A stretch of 64,000 bases of DNA from positions 176,722 through 240,721 of the forward strand of contig CAVQDZ010000001.1 in assembly GCA_963711405.1 (NCBI GenBank), read 5' to 3'. Below are positions 10,121 through 20,841 of the stretch, piece after piece (position 1 is the first letter of the stretch; each line of letters begins with the position of its first letter). The position numbers were made by a program, and so were the translations under genes. The stretch is from an uncultured Chloroflexia bacterium. Its GTDB lineage: Bacteria > Chloroflexota > Limnocylindria > Limnocylindrales > CSP1-4. Below the pieces are notes generated by a model. The model was not told the origin of the DNA, did not search any database, and saw nothing but the letters and a program-made list of their open reading frames with translations.

Positions 10121-10476
10121 CGGCTACACAACACAGGCTTTTGTAAGGCGACTCCCGTGGCGCTGGTATGGACCTCGTCGACGGCCAGGAGTAGGATGGT
10201 GGCCTAGCGAGGTGCGAGCGTGGCAAACGACCGCAATCGCCGTTTAGAACGGCCCGACAGGAGGATCCGCGCCATTTTGGCTTCGCGGATCCTGCCCCAA
10301 ACCGCGGACGCTTCTGGTGGCTCGAGCAACCTCGCCTTCCAGCCCAGAGCGGGCAACATCAGCTCCGACATGAGGGCGGGCCTCACCGGGTGATCCGGGT
10401 CATGTGCGGATCGTGCCTTCCGCCGCACGGGGTCACCAGCAACTCATGATCGGAGACCCGCACTCGTTCCCGGGGT

Positions 10477-11164
10477 GTGGGTCTTCTGTTTGACCGGGAG
10501 CCAGTGAGGAAGACCGTCGCCGTGGCCGAAATCACCAATCCAGCCGCCGAGGAATACGCCCGCGAGCACACATCAGCCGAACCGGCGGTCCTCACTGCGG
10601 CATATCGCAACACGCGCGAGAACTTCGGCTCATATCGCATGGTCACCGGCCACCTTGAAGGTCGCTTCCTGAAAATGCTCGCCGCGATCAGCGGCGCGCG
10701 ACGCATCCTGGAGATCGGCACGTACACCGGCTATTCGGCGATGTCGATGGCAGAGGCGCTCCCCGCGGATGGTGAGCTGATCACGTGCGAGATCGACGAG
10801 CGCCACGCCGAGGTCGCCCGCGGGCACATCGCCACATCCCCGGACGCGGCCAAGATCCACGTGCGTGTCGGTCCGGCGCTGGACACGATCGCGGCGCTCG
10901 ACGGCGAGTTCGACATGGTCTTCATCGACGCCGACAAGACCGGTTACCGCGCCTATTACGAGGCCGTGCTGCCCAAGCTGTCGCGTGCGCGGCTTCATGT
11001 GCATCGACAACGTGCTGTGGTCGATGCAGGTCGCCGATCCGTCGGACACCTCGACACAGACACAGGCGCTGCGTGAGCTGAACGACTTCATCGCCAGCGA
11101 TCCGCGGGTCGAGTGCGTGATGGTGCCAATCCGCGACGGGGTGACCATCGTTCGCAAGCGCTGA
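10477..11164 (+). CDS. class I SAM-dependent O-methyltransferase (caffeoyl-CoA OMT-like, family 3), with a +1 frameshift near 10975
   Basis: RILEIGTYTGYSAMSMAEAL is the SAM-binding motif I. FDMVFIDADKTGYRAYYE follows. The C-terminus continues in ORF 10865..11164 (IDNVLWSMQVADPSDTS...). Confidence 0.7.
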
Positions 11165-11264
11165 CTACCTTTCACAGTCTTTGCGCAGCGCCGCGCCAGT
11201 CGCAACATAGGCTCGGCGCCGAAGGTCGACGCATCAACCCACCCTCACGGAGGACAAACAACTG

Positions 11265-11936
11265 ATGCGACGATTGATCTGGCTCCCGATCGCGGGCTTC
11301 CTGCTCGTGGCCGGCGCCGCCATCGCCGCCGCAGCTGCTGCGCCATCGGCAACGCCGACAGCGCAGAACAACCAGGATGCGGCTTCCCCGGCCCCAACGG
11401 CCGTCGCCAGCCCCTCAACCAACGATCACAACGCCAACGGCGGTAAGCCCGGCTACGGCTTTGGCTTCGGTCACGACATCGCGGGTGCTGGCGCGGATCT
11501 GCTCGACCAGGTCCTGGCCGATCTGGTCAAGGCGGGCACGATCACCCAGGCACAATCCGACGCCATCACCCAGGCGCTCCAGCAGGCGGTCACGGACAAG
11601 CAGACCGCGATCGAGCAGCAGCGCCAGGAGGCAATGCAGCAGTGGCAGCAGATCCAGGGCTTCATGTCCGACGGCGTCATCACCCAGGACGAGGTCAATC
11701 AGCTACCGGCTGACAGCCCCTTCCGCTCAGTGTTCGACAGCATCGCCAAGGACGGCCAGGTCACGCTCGAGCAGCTCCAGCAGCTACGCATGTTCAGTCC
11801 GGGCGGCCCGGGCGGCCCGGGCATGATGGGTCCCGGCCACGGTCCATACGGTCCGGGGGCCAACGACAACGGCAACGGCACTCCCCCGAACGCGAATCCG
11901 CAGGCCAGCCCGAGCACAACGGGTACCAACTCCTAG
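11265..11936 (+). CDS. secreted low-complexity Gln/Ala/Pro-rich hypothetical protein
   Basis: 223 aa. RBS ggagga upstream. N-terminal signal peptide MRRLIWLPIAGFLLVAGAAIAAAAAAPSA. Q-rich coiled region and G/P-rich C-terminus. Confidence 0.55.
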   Translation: MRRLIWLPIAGFLLVAGAAIAAAAAAPSATPTAQNNQDAASPAPTAVASPSTNDHNANGGKPGYGFGFGHDIAGAGADLLDQVLADLVKAGTITQAQSDAITQALQQAVTDKQTAIEQQRQEAMQQWQQIQGFMSDGVITQDEVNQLPADSPFRSVFDSIAKDGQVTLEQLQQLRMFSPGGPGGPGMMGPGHGPYGPGANDNGNGTPPNANPQASPSTTGTNS

Positions 11937-11967
11937 CGCCACCGGCCACATCCGAACCTGATCAGAC

Positions 11968-12005
11968 TGACCGGGGGTCCCACAAGGGCCTCCGGTCTTT
12001 TGGTT
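11968..12005. terminator. bidirectional intrinsic terminator-like hairpin between convergent genes
   Basis: accgggggtccc-acaa-gggcctccggt followed by cttttggtttg. It lies between the stop at 11936 (plus strand) and the stop at 12014 (minus strand). Confidence 0.45.
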
Positions 12006-12013
12006 TGCAGGGG

Positions 12014-13051
12014 TCAGCGCGTCTCTGTGACCTTGCTGATCGTTCGCGGCCGATCCGGATCAAGGCCGCGCGCGCGGGTCAGGTGATAGGCATACAGCTG
12101 GCCGGGCAGGATGTCGACGACCGGCGACAGCCAGCCGGGCACGCCCGGCGGCAGGGCCAGGCCGCGATCGATCGCGCGCGCGGCCTCATCGTCGCTAATG
12201 ACCAACACGCGCGCGCCGTGATCGTCGCGCAGTCGCTCGAGCACGTCGCGTTGCGCTTCGAGGGGCGGGCCGCTGGGCGCCACGGCAAGCACGGCAAAGC
12301 CGCGTTCCGCGAGGGCCATGGGGCCGTGCTCGAAGTCGGCCGTTGAGTAAGGCACGGCCAGCAGCTGGGCCATCTCCTGGAGCTTGAGCGCCCACTCGCG
12401 CGCGGTCGCGTAGCAGTAGCCACGGCCCAGGACCACGCAGCGGACTCTGTCGGCGTGATAGTCAGCGACCGCGCGCGCCTCCGGCTCCACGGTCAGTGCC
12501 GCGCTCATGAGCTCCGGTAACCCGGCAATGTCCGCTTGCTCCGCGGGAGACAGCGAGTCGAGCGCACCGGAAAGCAGCGCCACTGCCAGTAGTTCCGTCG
12601 TGTACGTCTTGGTCGCGGCCGTAGCCAGCTCCGGGCCGGCCTCGAGTGAGATTGCGTGATCGGCCGCGTTGGCCAGCGGCGAGGACGTGTCGTTGGTCAG
12701 CACGACCGTTGGCGCGCCCTGGCGCCGCGCCTCATCGACCACGGCGACGATGTCGGGCGATCGGCCGGACTGCGAGATGGCGATGACGAGCGCGTCCGAG
12801 TAGTCGGGCCGGGCGCCGTAGAGCGTGATCGCCGACGGCGTCGCGAGGGCCACGGCCAGTCGGTTGCGGATGCCGAACAGGTACTGGGCGTAGAGCGCGG
12901 CGTTATCCGACGATCCGCGCGCGGCGATGACCGCGAAGCGTGGGCGGCGACGAGCGAGCATCGCGCGCACCGGCGCGAAGCTTGCGTCCGAGGCGGCCAG
13001 CAGGCGCGCGGCGGCGGCCGGTTGTTCGAGGATCTCGTCGCGCAGGGCCAT
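12014..13051 (-). CDS. SIS-domain sugar phosphate isomerase/deaminase (AgaS / GlmS C-terminal-like, two SIS domains)
   Basis: Start taken at the internal ATG 13051, MALRDEILEQPAAAARLL... AARGSSDNAALYAQYLF and ISQSGRSPDIV are SIS motifs. The upstream part of ORF 12014..13246 overlaps the preceding gene. Confidence 0.75.
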   Translation of the reverse strand: MALRDEILEQPAAAARLLAASDASFAPVRAMLARRRPRFAVIAARGSSDNAALYAQYLFGIRNRLAVALATPSAITLYGARPDYSDALVIAISQSGRSPDIVAVVDEARRQGAPTVVLTNDTSSPLANAADHAISLEAGPELATAATKTYTTELLAVALLSGALDSLSPAEQADIAGLPELMSAALTVEPEARAVADYHADRVRCVVLGRGYCYATAREWALKLQEMAQLLAVPYSTADFEHGPMALAERGFAVLAVAPSGPPLEAQRDVLERLRDDHGARVLVISDDEAARAIDRGLALPPGVPGWLSPVVDILPGQLYAYHLTRARGLDPDRPRTISKVTETR

Positions 13052-13056
13052 CAGCG

Positions 13057-14634
13057 TCAGGTTAGCCCGTGACCGCGCGGGTAGAGGTCCTTGATCTGTA
13101 CCGGCAGCCGTCCGCGGAATGGGATCTCGCCAAAGAGTGTGGCGGCGAGTGCCTCCATCGACGGCCGCAGGATGCCGTACGAACAGACGTAGGTGTGCGC
13201 GGCCGGGTACGAGCTTATGTCCCACGGGGTGCGTAACGCGACCCACACCGCGCGCGGGTGGCTCCCGACGATCGCCCGCGCCATTGCCGCTTGTTCCGGC
13301 CGCAGATGCGCCGCGGCCGTGCCAACGACGACTGCGTCGTAGTCGGCGACGCGCGCGCGCAGGGCGGCAATCTCCGTGTCAGTGGGATCGGCGGTGGCAA
13401 GCAGCTCATCCGTGTGCGGCACGCGCCGGCGCAGCGCCTCAGCCAGCGATGGCGGCACACGATCAGAAGTGTCTGCGGGCGTCAGGCGCGCGCCGGGCGA
13501 CTGGATCACGGCCAGCCGCGCATGAGAGCCCAGACGCAGCGGCAGCAACCCGTCGTCGTTGCGCACCAGCGTGATCGAGCGCTCGGCGAGCTCACGCGCG
13601 ATCGCCACGTGCGCATCACAGCCAACGACGTCGAGCGCCGGCTGGTCGAAGCCGCTCAGCCACGCGCGCAGCTCCGCCAGGCGACGCCGAACGGTCTCCG
13701 TGGACGCCGGATCGACCAGCCGGCGCTTCTCAGCCTGCGCCAGTCCGTCCGACAACCGCGCGATCAGGTCCGCATCGGCCGTGCCCAGCAGCAGATCCTC
13801 GCCGGCGCGAACGGCGGTGATGACGTCGACGACCTGGGCCACACCCTGGGCCAGCGCGCGCATGTCGAGCGCGTCGGTGATCGCCAACCCGTCGAAGCCC
13901 ATCTCGTCGCGCAACAGCCCGGTCAGTACCTGCTCGGCCAGGCTCGCGGGCAGATCTTCGTCGCCCGTCAGCGCCGGCACTGCGACGTGGCCGGCCATCG
14001 CCAGCCGTGCGCCGGCATCAAGCGCGGCACGGAAGGGCACCAGCTCACGTTCGCGCAACTGCTCCCCGGAGACATCCACAGCGGCCATGCCGTGGTGCGT
14101 GTCGGCGACCGCCTCGCCGAGTCCCGGGAAGTGCTTGACCGTCGCCGCAACGCCCTCCGCCTGTAGCCCGCGGACGTAGGCCGCGGCAAGCTCGCCGACC
14201 TGCGCAGGCGAATCACCAAAGGCTCGGATGCCCAGCGCGGGGTTGTCGGGTGCCGTTGCGAGATCGCATACCGGTGCGTAGTTGACGTTGACGCCCAGCG
14301 CGCGCAGCTCGATCGCGGTGGCCCGTGCCACGCGCTCGGCCAGGGCCGGATCGCCGGCCGCGCCGAGCGCCATGGCTCCGGCGAACTCGGTCGGTCCGTC
14401 GCCCAGCGCGTTGAGCTGGCCGCCTTCCTGGTCGGCGGCGATGAGCAGCGGCCGGCCTTCGGCGCGCGCTGCCGTCTGCAGGGCAGCCGTCAGCGCGCGC
14501 ACCTGCGCAGGGGACTCGACGTTGTGGTCGCGGAAGAGCGTCACTCCCGCGAACGCTTCGTGAGCGAGCGCCTGGGCCACCTCCGCCGGGACTGTCGTCC
14601 CGGCGAAAGCGACCATCAGCCGCTCTGAGGTCAC
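13057..14634 (-). CDS. GH3 family beta-N-acetylhexosaminidase (NagZ-like)
   Basis: The KHFPGLG motif (VKHFPGLGEAVADTHHG) and the GH3 N-terminal domain are present. The start is GTG (~14634) or ATG (14616), downstream of the ORF-track start, which overlaps the permease. Confidence 0.8.
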   Translation of the reverse strand: MTSERLMVAFAGTTVPAEVAQALAHEAFAGVTLFRDHNVESPAQVRALTAALQTAARAEGRPLLIAADQEGGQLNALGDGPTEFAGAMALGAAGDPALAERVARATAIELRALGVNVNYAPVCDLATAPDNPALGIRAFGDSPAQVGELAAAYVRGLQAEGVAATVKHFPGLGEAVADTHHGMAAVDVSGEQLRERELVPFRAALDAGARLAMAGHVAVPALTGDEDLPASLAEQVLTGLLRDEMGFDGLAITDALDMRALAQGVAQVVDVITAVRAGEDLLLGTADADLIARLSDGLAQAEKRRLVDPASTETVRRRLAELRAWLSGFDQPALDVVGCDAHVAIARELAERSITLVRNDDGLLPLRLGSHARLAVIQSPGARLTPADTSDRVPPSLAEALRRRVPHTDELLATADPTDTEIAALRARVADYDAVVVGTAAAHLRPEQAAMARAIVGSHPRAVWVALRTPWDISSYPAAHTYVCSYGILRPSMEALAATLFGEIPFRGRLPVQIKDLYPRGHGLT

Positions 14635-15534
14635 GACTTGACGGAGCCGGCCAGGATCCCTCGAACGAACGCTCGCTGCAGCAGCAGGAAGACCGTCAGC
14701 GGCAGGAGCATGGTTATGAACGCGCCGGCGGTCAGTAGCTGCCACTGCCCGCCATACGTGCCAAGTAAGGCGAAGAGTGCCGTAGGCATCACGCGCAGGT
14801 CAGTTGACGGTCCCAGGAAGGTCAACGCAACCAGCAGATCGTTCCAGACCCACAGGAACTGGAAGATCGCGAATGCGCCAAGGGCCGGGACCGACAGGGG
14901 CAAGACGATCTTGATGAACGTCTGAAGGTGTGACGCCCCATCAATCGCCGCCGATTTCGAACAGGTCGCGTGGTAGCTGCGACATGAAGTTGTAGAGCAG
15001 GAAGATGGCCAGCGGCAGCCCAAAGCCGGTGTGCGCGAGCCAGATGCCCAGGAACGTGCCGTACAACCCCGCGCCGCTGTAGATCTTGAGTATGGGGATG
15101 AGCGACATCTGGAGCGGCACGACGAGCAACGCGATAACGATGGTGAACAGGACGCCGCGGCCGCGGAAGGGGACCCACGCGAACGCGTACGCCGCGAATG
15201 CGGCGATGGTGATTGGGATCACGGTCGAGGGAATGGTCACGATGACGCTGTTCAGGAACGCGTTGCCCATGCCCGCGCTGCTCAGCACCTGCTGGTAGTT
15301 GGCCAATGTCCACTGATCGGCGTCGAACGGGTGAAACAGCGACGTCCACCAACCCGACGTCTGGATAAGGATGGGGTTGCGTACTGAGGTGACCAACAGG
15401 CCCAGGGTGGGGATGGTCCACAGCAGGCAGATCGCGACAACTGCAATGCGCAGCGGCGCGTGTTGCATGAACGGCGGGCGCCATGCCTTGACGCGGACGA
15501 CCTCGCTGGCTACTGGCTTGGCTTCGGCGGTCAT
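14631..15534 (-). CDS. carbohydrate ABC transporter permease (CUT1, MalG-like), with a frameshift near 14945
   Basis: ORF 14941..15534 (N-terminal TMs) plus ORF 14631..15023, which carries the EAA-like loop AAIDGASHLQTFIKIVLPLSVPAL. Confidence 0.8.
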
Positions 15535-16697
15535 CCTTCCACCTGCTGTCGTCGGAAGTTGCGAAGGTTGATGTACATCACCGGTAGGACGGCGAGGAAG
15601 AGCACCGACGCCAGTGCCGCGGCGTGCCCGTCGCTGAAGAACTGGAACATCTCGTGGAACATGCGCACGGCAACGACGTCGTCGCCGAACCGTCCGCCTG
15701 TGGTCACGTAAACGATGTCGAAGATCTTGAGCACGACGATGGCGATCGTCGTCGCGACAGTGATGATCGAGCCACGGATCATGGGCACGATGATGCCGAA
15801 GAAGAGCTGCCTCTCACTTGCACCATCAAGACGTGCGGCTTCGATGATCTCTGTCGATACCCCCTTGATGGCGGCCGACAGCACGACCATCGCGAAGCCC
15901 GTCTGCAGCCAGACCATGATCACGATCTCGGCGTAGATGTTGATCGGATTGGTCGTGAAGAACGGGATGGGCTGTCCGCCGAACCCGGTGATGATGGCGT
16001 TCAGAAGTCCGATCTGCGTATGGCCGGCGGGCTGCCAGGCATACATGAAGCCCCAGATGACGGACGCGCCCACGAGCGAGATGGCCAGCGGCAGGAAGAC
16101 GAACGTCTTCGCCAGCGCCTCGCGCCTGACTCGATCGAACACGCCCGCGATGGCCAGACCCAGCAGGACGCTGCCGCCGGTCGCCACGATCAGCCAGATG
16201 GCGTTGTTGGCCAGGATCGAGCGGAAATCAGGCGTGAACATGATGGCGTAGTTATCGAGCGTGAACTGGCCCTTGGTATCGAAGAAGCTGCGCAGGACCG
16301 TCGCCACCGCGGGGTAGACGAGGTACACCCCGAGCAGAGCCAGGGCCGGGCCGACGAAGACCCACGGCAGGATCCTGTCGCGCCAGCGCGGCTGCAGCTG
16401 ACTGACCAGCCAGCCCACGCCGATGAACAGCAGCCAGATGCCGCCGACCCCAACGGCGAGCGCGATGATGGCCAGAAGGATCTTGGCGAAAAGCTGGTCG
16501 CCCTGGCCGTTGCGCAGCGCGTCCGCGCCGTCGCTGTTGCCGAGCGCTTGGTAGAACGTGGCGAGCAGGTTCTGCCCGCCGTGCGGATCGATGAGAACGA
16601 GGATGCCGGCGATACAAAGGCCCAGCGCTACCAGGCCCAGGATCGGTAACACGAACCGACTTAGAGGCGGGTTCCCAGTGCGGTTGACGACAGCCAT
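15531..16697 (-). CDS. carbohydrate ABC transporter permease (CUT1, MalF-like)
   Basis: 388 aa with 6+ TMs. EAA motif EAARLDGASERQLFFGIIVPM. Four-nucleotide overlap with the downstream permease. Confidence 0.85.
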   Translation of the reverse strand: MAVVNRTGNPPLSRFVLPILGLVALGLCIAGILVLIDPHGGQNLLATFYQALGNSDGADALRNGQGDQLFAKILLAIIALAVGVGGIWLLFIGVGWLVSQLQPRWRDRILPWVFVGPALALLGVYLVYPAVATVLRSFFDTKGQFTLDNYAIMFTPDFRSILANNAIWLIVATGGSVLLGLAIAGVFDRVRREALAKTFVFLPLAISLVGASVIWGFMYAWQPAGHTQIGLLNAIITGFGGQPIPFFTTNPINIYAEIVIMVWLQTGFAMVVLSAAIKGVSTEIIEAARLDGASERQLFFGIIVPMIRGSIITVATTIAIVVLKIFDIVYVTTGGRFGDDVVAVRMFHEMFQFFSDGHAAALASVLFLAVLPVMYINLRNFRRQQVEG

Positions 16698-16777
16698 TGC
16701 CCCTCCCTCGCGCGGAAGTGTAACGGGGCGCCTCGCCGTGTGGCGAGGCGCCCCGTAGGAGCGTGACTAAGCGAGGA

Positions 16778-18319
16778 TCAGCTGGCGGGAGGCCAGCTGT
16801 CGTCGATAGCCTTCAGAACGGCGTCAGTGCTACTGGCGCCGGTGTTGGCCCACGTGTCCATCTGGCTCCAGAACGTGCCAGCACCAACGGCGCCGGGCAT
16901 GAGGTCTGAAGCATCGAACCCGATGCCGGCCGCGCTGTTCGCGATCTGCGAAGCAACGGTCAGCTTGTAGGAGCCGGCGTACCAGTCCTGCGGGGTCGTG
17001 TTGTTCGTTGAGATGGCGCTACCGGCCAGAATCCAAGCCTGGAGTCCGTACGGAGTTGCCATCAGCTCGGTGACGGCGCGAACCTCTGGCCGGTCCACAA
17101 GCATCATCATCGTGTCAGCCGAACCCTCGGCGTTGTTCTGCGATGCATCGATGGTCGGGAACGGCATGATGCCTACGTCGACGCCCAGGATGTACTTCGA
17201 GGGCTTACCGCTCACCCGCTGATCGGGGAAGAAGTCCGGCCCATACCAGGTCGGGATCTTCTGCATCCAGCAGCCGGGGTTGGCCATGTCGTCGTTGAAC
17301 ATCGGGTCCATGGTCGTCTTCTGGTCCGTCGGCACGATGGCCGTGTTGGTGCCATAGACGTAGTTGGGGGTGAAGAAGATCTTGCCAACGTAGTTGTTGA
17401 GCGCGTCCTTGATGCCCTGGTCCTCGAACGTGACCTGGTGGCTGATCCACTGGTTGTAGTAATCGAGGCCCTTGGTCTTGAGGACGATTTCCTCGACCCA
17501 GTCGGTGATCTGCCAGCCCGTCGCGTCGCCAGGACCACCGGCGCTGATGCACCAGGGGTTGCCCTTGCCGGAGTTAGCGATCGTGTCAGACAGAGTGATC
17601 AGGTCGTCCCAGGTCTTGGGAACTTCGTAGCCGGCGGCTGCGAAGGCCTTGATCGGGTACCAGATCGTGGACTTGACATCGGCCTTGTACGGGACGCCCC
17701 AGATGTGGTTGTCCTGGGTGATCAGGCCGATCGTCGACGGGTGCTCGGAGGCAAGCTTGCCACCGTTGCTCATGAACGTGGACAGGTCGATGACCTTGCC
17801 GTCGGCCGCGTAGGCCAGGACGGGGGTCGGCTGTGCCAGCTGGGCGATATCGGGCGGTGCACCACCGTCGATGCGGGCCTTGAGCACGGTCTCGTGGCTC
17901 GAAGGAACGCTGTCGATGTTGATCTTGATGCCCGACGCGGCTGCGAATGCCGCCAGCGAGGCGGTGAAGTTGGTGAGCTCGCCGCCGGTCCACTGAACCT
18001 GGATCGTGACGGTCTTGCCCTTGTACGGCTGATCAGCGCCGAGCGCTGCGTCAAGCTCCGTGTAACCGGTCGCTTCCGTCGGCAGAGCCGCCGGTGTGGC
18101 CGGAGCGGTCGTGGCTGCTGCGGTGGCTGCTGCCGTCGCTGCCGCCGTTGCTGCTGCCGTGGCTGCCGATGTGGCGGCCGCGGTCGCCGGCGCTGCCGTT
18201 CCCGGCTTTGCCGTAGCTGGTGATGACGTGCCAGGAGCCGGCGTCGCCGACCCACTCGAGCACGCGCCTGCGAGCAGGGCGGTCATTGCCGCCGCGGCCC
18301 ACAGTCTTTGCTTGGTCAT
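16778..18319 (-). CDS. ABC transporter extracellular solute-binding lipoprotein (family 1, sugar / oligosaccharide)
   Basis: Lipobox LLAGACSS. Ala/Thr-rich linker (ATAAATAAATAAATAAATAA). SBP family 1 fold. RBS gaggagga. Confidence 0.85.
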   Translation of the reverse strand: MTKQRLWAAAAMTALLAGACSSGSATPAPGTSSPATAKPGTAAPATAAATSAATAAATAAATAAATAAATTAPATPAALPTEATGYTELDAALGADQPYKGKTVTIQVQWTGGELTNFTASLAAFAAASGIKINIDSVPSSHETVLKARIDGGAPPDIAQLAQPTPVLAYAADGKVIDLSTFMSNGGKLASEHPSTIGLITQDNHIWGVPYKADVKSTIWYPIKAFAAAGYEVPKTWDDLITLSDTIANSGKGNPWCISAGGPGDATGWQITDWVEEIVLKTKGLDYYNQWISHQVTFEDQGIKDALNNYVGKIFFTPNYVYGTNTAIVPTDQKTTMDPMFNDDMANPGCWMQKIPTWYGPDFFPDQRVSGKPSKYILGVDVGIMPFPTIDASQNNAEGSADTMMMLVDRPEVRAVTELMATPYGLQAWILAGSAISTNNTTPQDWYAGSYKLTVASQIANSAAGIGFDASDLMPGAVGAGTFWSQMDTWANTGASSTDAVLKAIDDSWPPAS

Positions 18320-18402
18320 TTCTCCTCCTCAATAGTGCCGGCAGTTTTGCCGGCGCGTCGCCTGGTGATCTACCAAGTGAACGCCACAGGGGCCCACTCT
18401 GT

Positions 18403-19440
18403 CTACCCCTCGCCCACCCCCTCTCGATTCTCGGCGAGGACGCGACGGCGCGCGATCGCCGCGGCACCCCGCGCCCCTGCCTCGATCTGAGGCGAAAGTA
18501 CTTCCACCCGCGCGTCGGCGAAAGCCGCGTCGACGAGCGGGGAGGCCGCGCGCTCTCGGCCGATGGCCTCAAGCACGGGCTTGAGCAGAGCCTCGCCCGC
18601 GCCGGCCACGCCGCCACCAATGACGACGTAGCTGACGCCGAGGGTCAGTACCAGACCACGAATTGCACGGGCGAGGCGCTCGGCGAACATTGTCGCGAGC
18701 TCACGCGCCAGCTCATCGCCGGCCTCTGCCGCTTTGAACACGTCGGTCGGACTTGCGTCCGGGCCGAGCGTGCTGTGGCGGCCGCCGGCCAGGGCCTCGC
18801 GCGCTGCGCGCGCGATTGCCGGACCGGCGCTGACGTGCTCCAGGCACCCGATCAGCCCGCATGCGCAACGGCCGCCGGCGGGGTCGGCGCTAACGTGGCC
18901 CACCTCTCCGGCAAATCCGTTGGCGCCGCGCAATACCCGGCCGTCGAGCACGATCCCGGCAGAGATGCCGGTTCCGACGCTCAGGTAGGCCAGGTCGACC
19001 GGGGCATTGGAGCCCACTGCAGAAGATTCAATCCAGGATGCCGCCGCGCGCGCGTCGTGTTCGACGTAGCACGGCAGGCCGACGGACTCGGCCAGCATCG
19101 GACCCAGGGCAAGCTCACCGCCATCGCGACTGCCGCCCAGGTTGACCGCCAGCCGGATCGTGCCGCTGCGCGGCTCGACGTGGCCGGGCACCGCGACGCC
19201 CACCGCGCCAACGGCCGCGTCGCCGTCACCGGGGAACTGGTCGACCGCGTGCTGAATTATCTCGGACAGCTGGTGCGCGAGGCGCGTCGGATCGGTCGGC
19301 ACGACTTCATGGAGCAGCACGTTGTCGTCCGCGTCCGTGACAACGGACGCAGTCTTCGTGCCGCCGACGTCGAGACCGACCGTCAGGAAGCCCGTGTCCG
19401 TGCGCAGGGCAGGGGAGAAGGCTGTCAGCGGCATCGTCAT
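18403..19440 (-). CDS. ROK family sugar kinase (glucokinase / N-acetylglucosamine kinase-like)
   Basis: LTVGLDVGGTKTASVV is the ATP-binding motif. CACGLIGCLE matches the ROK zinc motif CxCGxxGCxE. Stop/start overlap with the upstream regulator. Confidence 0.75.
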   Translation of the reverse strand: MTMPLTAFSPALRTDTGFLTVGLDVGGTKTASVVTDADDNVLLHEVVPTDPTRLAHQLSEIIQHAVDQFPGDGDAAVGAVGVAVPGHVEPRSGTIRLAVNLGGSRDGGELALGPMLAESVGLPCYVEHDARAAASWIESSAVGSNAPVDLAYLSVGTGISAGIVLDGRVLRGANGFAGEVGHVSADPAGGRCACGLIGCLEHVSAGPAIARAAREALAGGRHSTLGPDASPTDVFKAAEAGDELARELATMFAERLARAIRGLVLTLGVSYVVIGGGVAGAGEALLKPVLEAIGRERAASPLVDAAFADARVEVLSPQIEAGARGAAAIARRRVLAENREGVGEG

Positions 19441-20622
19441 CTGGCCAGGCTGAGCCCCAGCTCCTGGTTCATGAGCATCGCCGACGCGCCGATGACGACG
19501 TCGTCGCCGCGCATCTCGCCCAGCTCAATCTGGGTCTGTTTGGCGAGCAGGGGCAGCGCGCTCGCCTGGGCCTGGCGACGAACCGCGTCCAGGTAGTCCG
19601 GCCCCAGGTGCGTGACCGGGCCGATGATCACGACGTGGTTGACATTGAGCGACGCGATCATGGCGCCGATGCCGGCGCCGAGCATCTGCGCGGCGTGGAT
19701 GACGACCTTGCGCACGCTGCTGTCGCCGGCACCAAAGGCAGCGATGAGCGACTTGCTCGTCGGTGATGGATGGGTCGCGGCGCTGTGCGGCGCTGACCAT
19801 GGCCGACATCGCGGCGATGGTCTCGAGACAGCCGGTGCGGCCGCAGCGGCAGCGTTCTGCCTCGTCTGACTGGGCCAGCGAGCCGAAGATCATGTGTCCG
19901 ATCTCGCCGGCGCCCGCGCCGTCGCCCTGGAACAGCTGACCGCCGAGGATGATGCCTGCGCCGATGCCGCGGCCAACGCGGACGACGATCAGGTTGTGCG
20001 GCCACGGATTGGTGCCGAACGTGCTCTCGGCAACGGCAGCCGCCTGCGTGTCGTTGGCAATCACGACGGGAATGCCGAAGTGCTCTGCGACCATGCTGCC
20101 CAGGGGCAGGTCCGACCAGTCGAGATTGACCGCCCAGCGCACGACGCCGGCGCGCGAGTCGACCAGGCCCGGCGTGCCGATGCCGACGCCCAGAACCGGG
20201 TTGTTGCCGTTGCGCCGGATGAGACTGTCGATCAGGCCGTAGACGACCTCAACTGCCTCCGCGCCGTCGCGGCCCTCGAGATCGACCTGGGCCGACTCGA
20301 CCACGACCCCGCGCAGGTCAACCAGCGCGCCGCTGAACATCGATGCGCCCAGATCGAGCCCGATCGCGTGGCGGCCGTGCGGACGCAGGCGAAGCATGAT
20401 CGGCGCCTTGCCACCGGTCGACTTGCCGCGGCCGCCTTCCTCGACCAGCCCGTCGTCGATGAGGTCGCCGACGAGTGCTGAAACGGAGGTGCGCGTCAAA
20501 CCGGTCAGTCGAGCAAGCTCTGCACGACTGACCTCGGAGCGGTCGTATATGGCGCGCAGAACCAGTTGCTGATTGAACGTGCGCGTCTGCTGGTGCGTGG
20601 CCTTCTCAGGAAGGTTGGCCAT
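19437..20622 (-). CDS. ROK family transcriptional regulator (NagC / Mlc-like), with a frameshift near 19750
   Basis: The N-terminal winged HTH QQLVLRAIYDRSEVSRAELARLTGLTRTSVSALVGDL starts at ATG 20622. The ROK sugar-binding domain CRCGRTGCLE follows. The C-terminus continues in ORF 19437..19715. Confidence 0.7.
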
Positions 20623-20794
20623 TGACTCCCTATCGTCAGGGCTTGCCTTCCGCCTCCTCTGACGCGCGGCGAAGCTCCCCATTTCGCACACGGTCACACG
20701 GCACTCGGCAAGTCCAGTTGACGAGATGGTTTTCGCATAGTCCGAGAGGCTTTGTCAAGGGACTGAACGAACTGATTCGCCGGCCTTCGCTCAG

Positions 20795-20820
20795 CCAGGC
20801 AGGTGCGGTTTTCGCAATGT
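20795..20820. promoter_or_regulatory. AT-rich inverted repeat TTTCGCAA-n5-TTGCGAAA upstream of the ROK regulator; candidate operator
   Basis: ggttttcgcaatgtgtttgcgaaacg lies in the 220-bp AT-richer spacer between the GH1 stop and the ROK regulator start. A half-site-like copy GTTTTCGCATAG occurs at 20726. Confidence 0.3.
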
Positions 20821-20841
20821 GTTTGCGAAACGCGTGGCGCC

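Noticed and set aside
18335-18355. TGCCGGCAGTTTTGCCGGC repeat upstream of the SBP gene as a regulator site
   Set aside because: It is immediately adjacent to the RBS. The GC-rich short palindrome GCCGGC is common by chance at this GC content. Kept only as a weak possibility.
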